A stretch of 64,000 nt of DNA from an uncultured Propionivibrio sp. (lineage in GTDB: Bacteria; Pseudomonadota; Gammaproteobacteria; Burkholderiales; Rhodocyclaceae): NCBI GenBank assembly GCA_964575415.1, contig CAZNQL010000017.1, positions 127 to 64,126 on the forward strand. The letters are read 5' to 3'. Shown here in pieces: positions 51,141 through 61,125 of the stretch. The first letter of the stretch is position 1; every line of letters starts with the position of its first letter. Under the pieces are notes generated by a model. That model was given only the letters and a program-made list of their open reading frames with translations, searched no databases and was not told the origin of the DNA. The position numbers and the translations under genes were made by a program.

Positions 51141-52119
51141 CGACGGCTTCCCGTTTGTTTTGCACGACGGCCAGCATCCATTGATGTGACTCAAAAACGA
51201 TCTGGTTACAGTTCTCGGTATCCACGGCAATTTGTGTTTGCAATTCCTCAATGACGGAGGCGTCGCCGTTTTCCAGTTTTTCGCTCGCTTGAAGCAGAAA
51301 TCCAAGTTCGCCTTCGCGATGCAGCACAGCGTCTGTCAATCCATCAGCCAGTTTTAGCGGCGGCAGGATTTCGGGAAGCGGCATGCCGAAGAGCACACCA
51401 AGAAGCGAGAACATGCCGGCCATGAACGCGAGTTCCTGCGTGGAGCGATCAAGTCCGGCCGATTTTGCCAGCAGTTCCATGAGGCGGGCGCGAACGGTCA
51501 CGCGGGCTAGCAGCATGCCGGAGCGGTAATCATCGCGGTTGGCGGCGAAAAGCATCAGATTCAACCAGCGTTTGAGCTGTTGCCGACCGAGGATGAGGAT
51601 GGCCTGGGAAAAACTGGAAATATGCCGTCCCATGCCGACCCCAAGGGAATTGACCAGGCGTAACAGGTGGTAGGCGAGAACGGGGTCCTGGCGGAAGATT
51701 GTCTCGATTTCGCAGGTGTCGGCGTCGGTCGCGACTAGGTGCAGGAGTTTCAACGCCAGAATCCGGGAGGCGGCTTGGCTGTGCGATTTATGTTGCGGCG
51801 GACCGAGATACCAGTCGCCAGAGAGCCACTGCGTGGCGTCGTTGAGGACGGGACGGAAGGTTGCATCAAGTGTTGCACCGATGTGGCAGGAGCGAAAGCA
51901 CCGCCCGCATTCAGGAAGGCGTCAATCGATTCTTGTGAGAGTTCTGGTGCGAGGCCCTGATCCGCAAGCCAGGGAAAGCCATCGTGGCGTTCCGGGAACA
52001 ACGGGTCTTGCAGAAACGGTAGCACAGCCTCGATTCCGTCTGGCCCTGAACGGAGTCTGATGGCTCCGGGGTTCAGGTTTCGATCGGCAAGAATTTCAAG
52101 GAGCAATGGTTTTTGCATA
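51133..52119 (-). pseudogene. HDOD-domain protein split by a single-base frameshift near 51840
   Basis: Shifted frame gives FRPVLNDATQWLSGDWYLGPP..SQAASRILALKLLHLVATDAD, continuous with ORF 51133-51753; 5' start approximate. Confidence 0.75.
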
Positions 52120-52378
52120 GTCGTGTCGTCGTTGCCGACTGGTTGGCTTTTCTCGTTTTCGCTCATTCGGCAAACGAACGTTCGGTTTTTGCAAACTGGG
52201 TACATTACCGATGCCTGGTGACGTCTATTTGTTTTGATCGATGGCGCAAGTCGACCGGTCCAGAATATAACCCGTAACCGGGTTTACGACTACTTTGTCG
52301 CTCCGGGAACCGGGTTTTTCTGACCTGGAGCGGCGGTTGCTCGTCATGGAATAGATGGATCAAATGTTTCAGTGGCTT

Positions 52379-53287
52379 CTAGCTGATTTCCGGGTCGAGG
52401 CAGAAGCGGTTGCGACCGGTTTTCTTGGCGTTGAGTAACAGGGACTGGCAGCGCTCGAGTAGTGCGGCTGAGGTTTCTCCAGCATATCCGGCAATACCAC
52501 CGCTGATGGTGATCGCCAGATGATCAATAAATGGATGGGTTTCGATTTGGGAGCGCAGGCGTTCGACGCCAACGACCGCCTCGCTCTGCCGGACGTTGGG
52601 CAGGATAACCAGAAACTCATCAACGTCAAGGCGTCCGATCATGTCAATCTCGCGCACGCCTTCGCGGAGGATTTTGCCAACGCTGGCAAGGACCAGGTCG
52701 CCGTTAAACCGGCCATGTTTTTCACAGATTTCAGAAAAGTGGTCGATGTCGAGTAATGCAATCGAGAAAGGCGTTCCGTAACGTTGTGCCCGACGAATTT
52801 CGTTTTCGAGCAGATGCGAGATTACATCCTTGTTGAACGCGCCGGAGAGGCTGTCGTGCGTGGTCAGTCGGCTGACTTCGCGTTGCAATTGGCGTAGATC
52901 GGTGATGTCGTTCAGGGTTAGCAATACCCGGCGAATCTTTCCAGTTTCCGAGAAGACCGGGAGGGCATTGACGCTCAACCAGATGGTTCCGCCAGTTCCA
53001 TCGTCGACTGTCAGCGTTGTGTCGAAAACCGGTTGCTCGGTCTTGAGTGAGATTTTCTGGGGTAATTCGTCGCGTGGTACGGCTTTGCCGTGATGATCCA
53101 TCCAATGATGGGGTTTTTCACCCAGCAGGCGGTCGGCAACATTATTGCTCATGCAGGGCAGAGCGTCGATGGAGTAAACGACGAGACCAATGCCGAGGTT
53201 GTCCAAGAGCATCGCATAACGCCGGATCTCACTGTCGTCTGCGTTAACGTTCGGAAGTGACGGATAGTAATTGGCAGCTGCGTTCAT
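52379..53287 (-). CDS. PAS plus degenerate GGDEF (DVDEF) protein
   Basis: HDSLSG.FN, LLDIDHF, REID I-site, GRLDVDEF. Confidence 0.88.
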   Translation of the reverse strand: MNAAANYYPSLPNVNADDSEIRRYAMLLDNLGIGLVVYSIDALPCMSNNVADRLLGEKPHHWMDHHGKAVPRDELPQKISLKTEQPVFDTTLTVDDGTGGTIWLSVNALPVFSETGKIRRVLLTLNDITDLRQLQREVSRLTTHDSLSGAFNKDVISHLLENEIRRAQRYGTPFSIALLDIDHFSEICEKHGRFNGDLVLASVGKILREGVREIDMIGRLDVDEFLVILPNVRQSEAVVGVERLRSQIETHPFIDHLAITISGGIAGYAGETSAALLERCQSLLLNAKKTGRNRFCLDPEIS

Positions 53288-53426
53288 GGTGATTCGCCTG
53301 AAATACCGACGCACTTATCATAGAACAGTAGGATGGTTTGTTGGTAAATAAACCTCCAAGGTGTGCAAAATGGGGGTAAGGCCAACGTCTTGGGCGATGG
53401 CCTTGGTGTGAAAGCCGGCCCGGAAT

Positions 53427-54590
53427 TCAGGCGGCTGCCAGTGCCTGATCAAGGTCGGCAATCAGATCGTCGATGTGTTCGATGCCAATCGAGAGGCGGA
53501 TCATGTCGGCGGAGACGCCGGCCTTGACCATTTCTTCCGGGGTGAGTTGACGATGCGTTATCGATGCCGGATGGCAAGCCAGCGACTTGCTGTCGCCGAT
53601 GTTGACCAGACGGGTGAAGAGCTTCAGGGCATCCTGGAAGCGGCCGCCGCCCTCGATGCCATTCTTGACGCCGAAGGTAAGTACGCCTGATGCCTTGCCG
53701 TCCATGTATTTCTGGACGAGCGCGTGGTCAGCGTGGTCCGTCAGGCCAGCGTAATTGACCCAGAAAACCTTGGCGTGGCTCTTGAGAAATTCAGCGACCT
53801 TGACCGAGTTTTCGCAGATGCGGTCCATGCGCAGCGCCAGGGTTTCCAGGCCTTGCAGGATCAGGAAGACGTTGAACGGAGAAATCGCCGCCCCCATGTT
53901 ACGCAGTGGCACGACACGGGCGCGGCCGATAAAGGCTGCAGCGCCGAGCGCTTCGGTGTAGACAACGCCATGGTAGGAGACATCAGGTTCGTTCAGTCGC
54001 TTGAAGCGCGCCTTGTGTTCAGCCCAAGGGAATTTCCCGCTATCGACGATGATGCCGCCGATCAGCGGCACGCCGTGGCGGTGCGCGATCTCGGCCAGCT
54101 TTTCGAAGTCGGTGATGTTGCCGAGCGGGTTGCCGATCGATTCGCAATAGATCGCCTTCGTCTTGTTGTAGATCTGTTTTTCGAATGAGGCCGGGTCGCG
54201 GTAGTCGGCAAAGCGCACGTTGATACCGTATTGCGGTAGGGTGTGGGCGAAAAGGTTGTAGGTGCCGCCGTAAAGCGTGGATGCCGAAACGATGTTGTCA
54301 CCGGCCTCGGCAATGGTCATGATCGCGTAGGTGATGGCTGCTTGTCCCGAGGCTAGCGCCAGGGCAGCTATGCCGCCTTCAAGCGCGGCAACACGTTTCT
54401 CGAGGACGTCCTGGGTCGGATTCATGATCCGGGTGTAGATGTTGCCCGCCACCTTGAGGTCAAAGAGGTCGGCACCGTGCTGCGTGCTGTCGAAGGAATA
54501 CGACGTCGTCTGATAAATCGGTACGGCGACCGCCTTGGTCGTCGCTTCGGGGGTGTAGCCGGCATGCAGGGCCAGGGTTTCAAGTTTCAT
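53427..54590 (-). pseudogene. metY: O-acetylhomoserine sulfhydrylase MetY with an in-frame deletion of the PLP-lysine segment
   Basis: AVPIYQTTSY, GNIYTRIMNP, RLVNIGD, RLSIGIE; reads HGVPLI|GGIIVD and lacks the VDNT...H(S/A)xTK..GGHG block; 387 aa. Confidence 0.85.
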
Positions 54591-54677
54591 CAAGGGTCTC
54601 TCGGTGATCGATTCGGGAAGCCGAAATCTTAGCGGCAATAGAACCAGAATTCATATCCAAATAACCGGTCGCCTTTA

Positions 54678-54709
54678 ACGAAAAAACGCCCCACAGGGCG
54701 CTTTTTCGT
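54678..54709 (-). terminator. Intrinsic terminator downstream of lysS
   Basis: ACGAAAAAACGCCC-cac-AGGGCGCTTTTTCGT hairpin with A/T tracts on both sides. Confidence 0.75.
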
Positions 54710-54735
54710 CTTGGTTCAGATATAAGACTTTTCTG

Positions 54736-54881
54736 GTCGTGCCCGATGGGCACTTCTTCATTCGTCGCCGAGCGTCTCATTCAGGGCGCACCCCAAGGGC
54801 ACTTCTTCGTGATACGCCTTGCGGCGTATCACTCAGGGCGCCCCTGAAGGGACTTCCTACGTTCGCTCTTTCGTTACTCAC
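54736..54881. repeat. Tandem modular palindromic (REP/MITE-like) cluster
   Basis: GGGCACTTCTTC at 54748 and 54797, GGGACTTCCTAC at 54849; TCAGGGCGC at 54781 and 54833; variable inserts of 21, 24 and about 21 nt. Confidence 0.75.
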
Positions 54882-56392
54882 TCCGGTCGCATCTGCGGGA
54901 AGAGGATGACGTCGCGGATGTTCGCCGAGTCGGTCAGCAGCATGACCAGGCGATCGATGCCGATGCCGCAGCCGCCGGTCGGCGGCAGGCCGTATTCAAG
55001 AGCGCGGATGTAGTCAGCGTCGTAGTACATGGCTTCTTCGTCGCCGGCATCCTTGGCCTTCGCCTGAGCCATGAAACGCTCGGCCTGGTCTTCCGGGTCG
55101 TTCAGTTCGGAGAAGCCGTTGGCGATTTCGCGGCCGACGATGAACAGTTCGAAGCGCTCGGTGATGTCCGGGTTGCTGTCGCTGCTGCGCGCCAACGGGC
55201 TGATTTCCGTCGGGTAGTCGATAATGAAGGTCGGATCCCAGAGCTTCGCCTCCGTCGATTCCTCGAACATCAGCAGTTGCAGGGTGCCGAGTCCGGTCGT
55301 CGGTTTGAACTCGACCTTCATCGCGGTCAGTTTCTGGCGCAGCCATTCGGCGTCTTCAAGTTGCTCGCGGGTGTATTGCGGGCAATATTTCATGATGGCT
55401 TCGACCATGGTCAGCCGGTCGAACGGTTTCGAGAGATCAAGCACGCGTCCCTGATACTCGAAAATTTCGGTACCCAGCGCGTTCCGTGCCGAGTGGCGCA
55501 GCAGACCCTCGGTGAAATCCATCAGCTTCTTGTATTCGCTGTAGGCTTCGTAGAACTCCATCATCGTGAACTCTGGATTGTGCCGCGGGCTCATGCCTTC
55601 GTTGCGGAAATTCCGGTTCATTTCGAAGACTTTTTCGAAGCCGCCGACGACGAGTTTCTTCAGGTACAGCTCGGGAGCGATACGCAGGAACAACTCCATG
55701 TCCAGCGCGTTGTGATGCGTCTTGAATGGTTTGGCCGACGCGCCGCCCGGGATCGGATGCATCATCGGCGTTTCGACTTCGAGGAAGCCGTGGTTCGTCA
55801 TGTAGTTGCGGATCGACTGCATCATGCGGCTGCGCGCCGTGAAGGTAAAGCGCGAGTGCTCGTTCATGATCAGGTCGAGGTAGCGCATGCGGTACTTCTG
55901 TTCCTGATCGGTCAGGCCATGGAACTTCTCGGGCAGCGGACGCAGCGATTTGGACAGCAGGCGGATTTCCGTGCTATGGACCGTCAGCTCGCCGGTCTTG
56001 GTGCGGAAAAGGGTGCCGACGACGCCAATGATGTCGCCGATGTCCCAGCGCTTGAAGGCGGTGTAGGTTTCCTCGCCGACCTTGTCGCGGGTAATGAACA
56101 CCTGGATGCGTCCGGAAAGGTCGGAAAGCGTGACGAAGGACGCTTTGCCCATGATGCGCTTGAGCATGATGCGGCCGGCGATCTTGACTTCGACGGGGTT
56201 GGCTTCGAGTTCCTCGCCGGATTTCGATTCATAGACTTCGCTGATCTTGCCGGCCGTGTTCTCGCGCGAGAAATCGTTCGGGTAGGCTTTGCCGGTCGCC
56301 CGCCATTCGGCGAGCTTGGCACGGCGTTCCGCAATGATGTGGTTTTCATCCTGATCGGAAACGGGGTTCTGGGCGTTGTTTTGCTCGGTCAT
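54878..56392 (-). CDS. lysS: Lysyl-tRNA synthetase (class II)
   Basis: [39 protein letters not shown]. Confidence 0.98.
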   Translation of the reverse strand: MTEQNNAQNPVSDQDENHIIAERRAKLAEWRATGKAYPNDFSRENTAGKISEVYESKSGEELEANPVEVKIAGRIMLKRIMGKASFVTLSDLSGRIQVFITRDKVGEETYTAFKRWDIGDIIGVVGTLFRTKTGELTVHSTEIRLLSKSLRPLPEKFHGLTDQEQKYRMRYLDLIMNEHSRFTFTARSRMMQSIRNYMTNHGFLEVETPMMHPIPGGASAKPFKTHHNALDMELFLRIAPELYLKKLVVGGFEKVFEMNRNFRNEGMSPRHNPEFTMMEFYEAYSEYKKLMDFTEGLLRHSARNALGTEIFEYQGRVLDLSKPFDRLTMVEAIMKYCPQYTREQLEDAEWLRQKLTAMKVEFKPTTGLGTLQLLMFEESTEAKLWDPTFIIDYPTEISPLARSSDSNPDITERFELFIVGREIANGFSELNDPEDQAERFMAQAKAKDAGDEEAMYYDADYIRALEYGLPPTGGCGIGIDRLVMLLTDSANIRDVILFPQMRPE

Positions 56393-56429
56393 GATGTTTT
56401 CGCAATCCAGTAAAAGGGTGGGGCAGTCG

Positions 56430-57534
56430 TCAAACGCCTTGCTTCAGGCTGGCTTCGATGAACTGGTCAAGATCACCGTCGAGCACGCTCTGCGTATTGC
56501 CGACTTCGACGTTGGTGCGCAGATCCTTGATGCGCGACTGATCGAGCACATAGGAGCGAATTTGATGACCCCAACCGATATCGGTCTTGGCGTCCTCGAG
56601 CTTCTGCTGTTCGGCCTGCCGTTTGCGCATTTCGGTTTCATACAGGCGCGATTTCAGCATGGCCATGGCCTCGGCGCGGTTGCGGTGCTGCGAACGGTCG
56701 TTCTGGCACTGCACGACGATACCGGACGGAATGTGCGTGATCCGCACTGCCGAGTCCGTCTTGTTGATGTGCTGGCCGCCGGCACCGGAAGCGCGATAGG
56801 TGTCGATGCGCAGATCGGCCGGGTTGACCTCGATTTCGAACGAATCGTCGATTTCCGGATAGACGAAGATCGACGCGAAGCTGGTGTGGCGACGTGCGTT
56901 CGAGTCGAACGGCGATTTGCGCACCAGGCGATGAATGCCGGTTTCGGAACGCAGCATGCCGAAGCAATATTCTCCGGTTAGTTTGATGGTGGCGGTCTTG
57001 ATGCCGGCAACGTCGCCTTCGGATTCTTCAAGCACCTCGACGCCGTAGCCCTTGCGCTCGCCGTACTTGACGTACATGCGCAACAACATCGATGCCCAGT
57101 CCTGCGCCTCGGTGCCGCCGGCGCCGGCCTGGATGTCGACAAAACAGTTGAGGGGATCGGCGGGGTTGTTGAACATGCGGCGGAATTCGAGACTGGCGAC
57201 GCGCTTCTCGATACCGTCGATATCGGCGGCGACGGCGTGCAGTGTGTCGTCGTCGTTCTCCTCGCGTGCCATCTCGAACAATTCTTCGGCATCCTTGAGG
57301 CCTTCGCCGACTTCGTCAAGCGTGACGACGACGTTTTCCAGCGCCCGTTTTTCCTTGCCGAGTTCCTGCGCGCGCTCGGCGTTGTCCCAGACCTTCGGGT
57401 CTTCGAGTTCGCGGCTGACTGCGTTCAGTTGATCCTTCTTCTGATCGTAGTCAAAGATACCTCCGTAGCTCGGAGGCGCGCTGGGCGATGTCCTCGAGCC
57501 GGTTGGAGATGCTGTTGAGTTGTTCTGCTTCCAT
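56430..57534 (-). CDS. prfB: Peptide chain release factor 2 with programmed +1 frameshift
   Basis: ATG 57534 MEAEQLN..ELRRYL, then CTT TGA C (57456-57450) preceded by the SD-like GGAGG; SPF and GGQ motifs. Confidence 0.97.
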
Positions 57535-57671
57535 GATGATCCAGGGGGTTGGCGAAACCCTACATTATATATCCTTGACGCCATGCATTCATGGTTTGGT
57601 CCGGCGCGCTTGGCGGTTTTTTCGCTAGCCTGCTAAGATGCCGCGCAGGATTATTTGAAACGGATAACGCG

Positions 57672-57893
57672 ATGGCCCGAAAGAAAACGACCTGGATGCC
57701 GCAGATCGGCGGCTTGGCGACCTACATCGGGCGTGCCAGCAAACTGGCCAAAGGCGGCTACAACGTGCGGGTGGTCGCGGAAAGCTGTGCCGACCGGATG
57801 CTCGTCGAAGCGGTCGGTCGCAGCGGGGCGCCGGTGCGTTTTGCCGTCAAGCGCGAAAACCTGGCGCCATTGCAACCCGGCCTCTTCGACTAG
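57672..57893 (+). CDS. Small hypothetical protein (73 aa) ending QPGLFD
   Basis: ATG 57672, GC-rich codon usage like its neighbours, beta-rich pattern. Confidence 0.6.
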   Translation: MARKKTTWMPQIGGLATYIGRASKLAKGGYNVRVVAESCADRMLVEAVGRSGAPVRFAVKRENLAPLQPGLFD

Positions 57894-58201
57894 GCCCGGT
57901 TTTCTCCGGGCGTTCCGGAAATTTCATCGGCATAACGACGCTTGGCCTGCGCCGAAAGCTTCTTGACGGCGCATTCCGCCTTGAGCGCACTCGAACGGTC
58001 CGGGTATTCCCGGCTGGCGAGCAATCTGGCCGGCGGATGCATGCGCGTATAGCGTGCGCTTGTGCCGTTGGCGTGCGCGGCGTAACGCGCCGACACGTTC
58101 TTCGCGATTCCCGTGTAGATACTGCCGTCGCGGCACTCGATCAGATACAGGAACCAAGTAGTCGGTTTCGTTTTCCCGTCTTCGTTAGCGACGTCAGTCA
58201 T
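57890..58201 (-). CDS. GIY-YIG nuclease (UPF0213/YhbQ-like)
   Basis: WFLYLIEC.DGSIYTGI...R...H..G..ARYTR. Confidence 0.9.
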   Translation of the reverse strand: MTDVANEDGKTKPTTWFLYLIECRDGSIYTGIAKNVSARYAAHANGTSARYTRMHPPARLLASREYPDRSSALKAECAVKKLSAQAKRRYADEISGTPGENRA

Positions 58202-58226
58202 GATCCGGCCCGTCCGCTGGCGGAAC

Positions 58227-59126
58227 TCAGATGTCGGCAACCTGTTCCCCGCCCATGGCTTGCAGCAGGTCGTCGAGCAGGCGCGCAACTTCGCCGCTCA
58301 TCAACGTGAAATCGATATCGAAGCGTTCATCCTCGTTCTCCGCCTGGCCCTCCGACTGCTCCTTGAGGATGTCAAGAAACGCCAGGCGCTTGATTTGCAG
58401 GTTCTCGGTGAGCATGAAGGAAATGCGGTCGTTCCAGGTCAGCGCCAGGCGCGTGACGACCTTGCCTTCCGCGATATGCTGGCGGATTTCCTCGCCTTCC
58501 AGCGTATGGCGGACGTAGCGCACGGTGGCTTTTTCGGTGGATTTCAGTTCCAGGTCCTGATCGATCGTAAATCCGGCCGGGGCTTCGCCGTCGGCGATCC
58601 AGGCGGTCATGGCCGCAGAAGGCGATTGGACCGTTTGCAGGAAACGGGCCGGAAAACCCTCGACGGATCGATGCAGGTGCTCGAGGAATTCATCTGCCTT
58701 GGCCGTCGACGCGGCGTCGATGACCAGCCAGCCGTTGACCGGGTCGATCCAGCCGAAGGTCGTGCGGCGGTTGATGAACGCGCGTGGCAACAACTCAAGG
58801 CTGACCGCTTCGCGCAGTTCCCGCATCTCGCGGCGGCCGACGTTGCGGGCTTGTGTTTCCTGGATGGTTCGGGCGCGTTCGAAAGCCACCTGTTTGACGA
58901 CCGACGAAGGCAGTAATTTCTGCTCGACGCCAAGCGCCAGCAGCCATTGGCGGTTGACGGAATGAATCAGGCTGGCGCCATCGCGCGGCGCGATCCAGCC
59001 GACGCTCTTCAACTCGGTGGCGCTACAGGATTGAAGCGGAAATGAGGCCAGTTGTGTTTCAAGAGCATCGATCGTGGTCGCCCACTTGCTGGGCAACCGA
59101 TAAATTTGGAGATTTCTGAACCACAT
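58227..59126 (-). CDS. rdgC: Recombination-associated protein RdgC
   Basis: MWFRNLQIYRL, KLLP..V, ELLPRAF, F.LM.GE. Confidence 0.95.
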   Translation of the reverse strand: MWFRNLQIYRLPSKWATTIDALETQLASFPLQSCSATELKSVGWIAPRDGASLIHSVNRQWLLALGVEQKLLPSSVVKQVAFERARTIQETQARNVGRREMRELREAVSLELLPRAFINRRTTFGWIDPVNGWLVIDAASTAKADEFLEHLHRSVEGFPARFLQTVQSPSAAMTAWIADGEAPAGFTIDQDLELKSTEKATVRYVRHTLEGEEIRQHIAEGKVVTRLALTWNDRISFMLTENLQIKRLAFLDILKEQSEGQAENEDERFDIDFTLMSGEVARLLDDLLQAMGGEQVADI

Positions 59127-59244
59127 GAATTCGACCCAAAAGCCGAGATTATAGGGCGGAAAATCTTGTTGAAAGTGAGTCAGGAAAACTTTGACATGCT
59201 TCTGGGAGTTGAACGAATTGCATCCTCTGGTTCATAATGCGCAC

Positions 59245-59601
59245 ATGGATGATTCGCAAACAATTGATCCGCGACGCCGAATCCGGGAATTGATGGCCAT
59301 TCCCGAGCGGGATCGGACGGACGAGCAATGGGATGAGTTGAACGAACTCGAGATTCGCACGGCGCCTGGTAATCGCGATACCGACCGGCCTTTCGAACGG
59401 CACGGCGAAAAGCGGCAAAATCATGGCGGTCAAGGGCGTCGTCCCGATCGAGGGCAGGGGCAAAAGCAGGGTCAAAAAAATACCAACGGTCAGAGGCCGC
59501 AGGATGCTAAACCAGCCGAAGGGCGACCGGAGGGGCGGCCGCCGAAGCGTCAGCATCGGCGCCCAAAGCGCCCGCAGGAAACGCCCGGCAACAGCAATTA
59601 A
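59245..59601 (+). CDS. Hypothetical protein: helical N-terminus, basic low-complexity tail
   Basis: RIRELMAIPERDRTDEQWDELNELEI followed by a G/R/Q/P-rich tail; hairpin and T-run downstream (59623-59657). Confidence 0.65.
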   Translation: MDDSQTIDPRRRIRELMAIPERDRTDEQWDELNELEIRTAPGNRDTDRPFERHGEKRQNHGGQGRRPDRGQGQKQGQKNTNGQRPQDAKPAEGRPEGRPPKRQHRRPKRPQETPGNSN

Positions 59602-59744
59602 GCGCCAAAACCTGTGAATTCCAAAACCCGGGATGTCCCTCTCTCGGGTTTTTTTATGGCTCAATGGTAATTTTCATGGATGTGCGGGATGGGTTTGATA
59701 ACCCTTGATCTACCGATCCACTAGTTATATAAGGAAAATCGATC

Positions 59745-60071
59745 ATGGCGCGACCGCTGAAAAACCGGCTTGTCAGCTGTGTCCCCGCAGCGAGTTATTT
59801 CAAACCGGTGGGGATTCCCATGCGGGATCTGGAAGAAATAGTTCTTGGTTTGGATGAACTCGAGGCCATGCGGCTAACCGATCTCGATGGTTTGTACCAA
59901 GCCGAGGCCGCCGTAAAAATGGGGGTTTCCCGTCAGACGATCGGCAACATTCTCAATAGTGCACACCGTAAGCTGGCCGATGCCTTGTTGAACGGCAAAG
60001 CACTGAAAATCGGTCCCCACTCCGGAAACCGGGAGGCGGTCGATTGTTCCCCCAAAGCGGTGGAATCCTGA
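59745..60071 (+). CDS. DUF134 (sigma-70 region 4-like HTH) protein
   Basis: MARPLK.R, FKP.GIP, ELEAMRL.D..GL.Q.EAA..MGVSRQT...L..A.RK.A.AL..G. Confidence 0.9.
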   Translation: MARPLKNRLVSCVPAASYFKPVGIPMRDLEEIVLGLDELEAMRLTDLDGLYQAEAAVKMGVSRQTIGNILNSAHRKLADALLNGKALKIGPHSGNREAVDCSPKAVES

Positions 60072-60168
60072 TCGGTTATCGCCTCCCGAACCTGCCGGGC
60101 GGTCTTGCGGAAAAAGTGGCATATGCTATAAACTTGACGGAGTTGATCATTTTCCGGAAGAGTCTCCC

Positions 60169-61038
60169 ATGAAAATCTGCATTCCCGTGACGTCGCCTGA
60201 AGGGCTGGAGTCAGCCGTTGAGCCCCATTTGCCTGATGCCGCACACATCCTGATTTTCGATCTATTGACCCGTCAGTACGAGCAGATCGACCTCGCCGCG
60301 CAGAACCCGGCTTCGTCCACACCGGTCCGCATGGACGCCGTTCTTTGCGGTAGCCTCAACCGCATGACCTTGCGTGTGCTGGCGCAGCAGGGCATCAAGA
60401 TCTACGGCATGGCTGCGGAAACCGTCGCGCAGGCCATCGCCCAGTTCGAGAACGGCGAACTCGAATGCGTCGAAGTTCCGGCGGGGGGCTGCGGTCGGCA
60501 TGCCGGCGAGCAGGGGTATCACAGAGGCGGCTGTTGCGGCGGCGAAAAACATGACGAGGCTGGCGGCGGTTGTTGCGGCGGTCACGGCCATGAAGGTGAA
60601 GCGCAAGGCTGTTGCGGAGAAGGTGGCAGTTGCGAGGGTCACGATCATGGCGACGACGGCGGGTGCGCTCATGGTGGCGAAGGCAAGGCCAACGAAGCGG
60701 CACGCAAGCCGGCAGACGAAAAATTCAAGATCGCCGTCTGCAGCCAGAATCGAAAGACCGTCACCGAACACGCTGGCAAGTGCCGCAAATTCTGGGTGTA
60801 TGACATTGAGCAAGGCCGCGTGGTCGGCAAGAATCTGCTCGAACTTGCCAAGGAACAGTCGTTTCACGAAACCACGCACGGCCAGGAGCACCTGCTCGAC
60901 GGCGTCGCCATCATGCTGGGCGCTAGCATGGGAGACGGCTTGAAGCGAAAACTCGAGCAGCGCGGCATCCAGGGCGTGTTAACGACCGAGAACGATCCCG
61001 ATCAGGCCGTGGCTGTCTTGCTGGCGAGCTGGCAGTAA
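60169..61038 (+). CDS. Protein with two NifB/NifX-family domains and a Gly/Cys/His-rich linker
   Basis: MKICIP..V.PH..DA..., second domain KIAV.SQNRKTVTEHAGKCR.F.VY..MG.GL. Confidence 0.8.
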   Translation: MKICIPVTSPEGLESAVEPHLPDAAHILIFDLLTRQYEQIDLAAQNPASSTPVRMDAVLCGSLNRMTLRVLAQQGIKIYGMAAETVAQAIAQFENGELECVEVPAGGCGRHAGEQGYHRGGCCGGEKHDEAGGGCCGGHGHEGEAQGCCGEGGSCEGHDHGDDGGCAHGGEGKANEAARKPADEKFKIAVCSQNRKTVTEHAGKCRKFWVYDIEQGRVVGKNLLELAKEQSFHETTHGQEHLLDGVAIMLGASMGDGLKRKLEQRGIQGVLTTENDPDQAVAVLLASWQ

Positions 61039-61125
61039 CCGGGGCCGCATTAGCAAAGCGCCGGCCACGCGGATTTCAGGCCGGGGGGTCGCAACCGGAC
61101 TGCGTTCGCGAACTGTAAAACCGGG

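Noticed and set aside
54591-54677. SAM or SAH riboswitch before metY
   Set aside because: No recognisable consensus, and the leader is short.
54736-54881. CRISPR array
   Set aside because: Only 2.5 units, inserts of 21-24 nt that are partly hairpins, and no cas genes; kept as a REP/MITE-like repeat.
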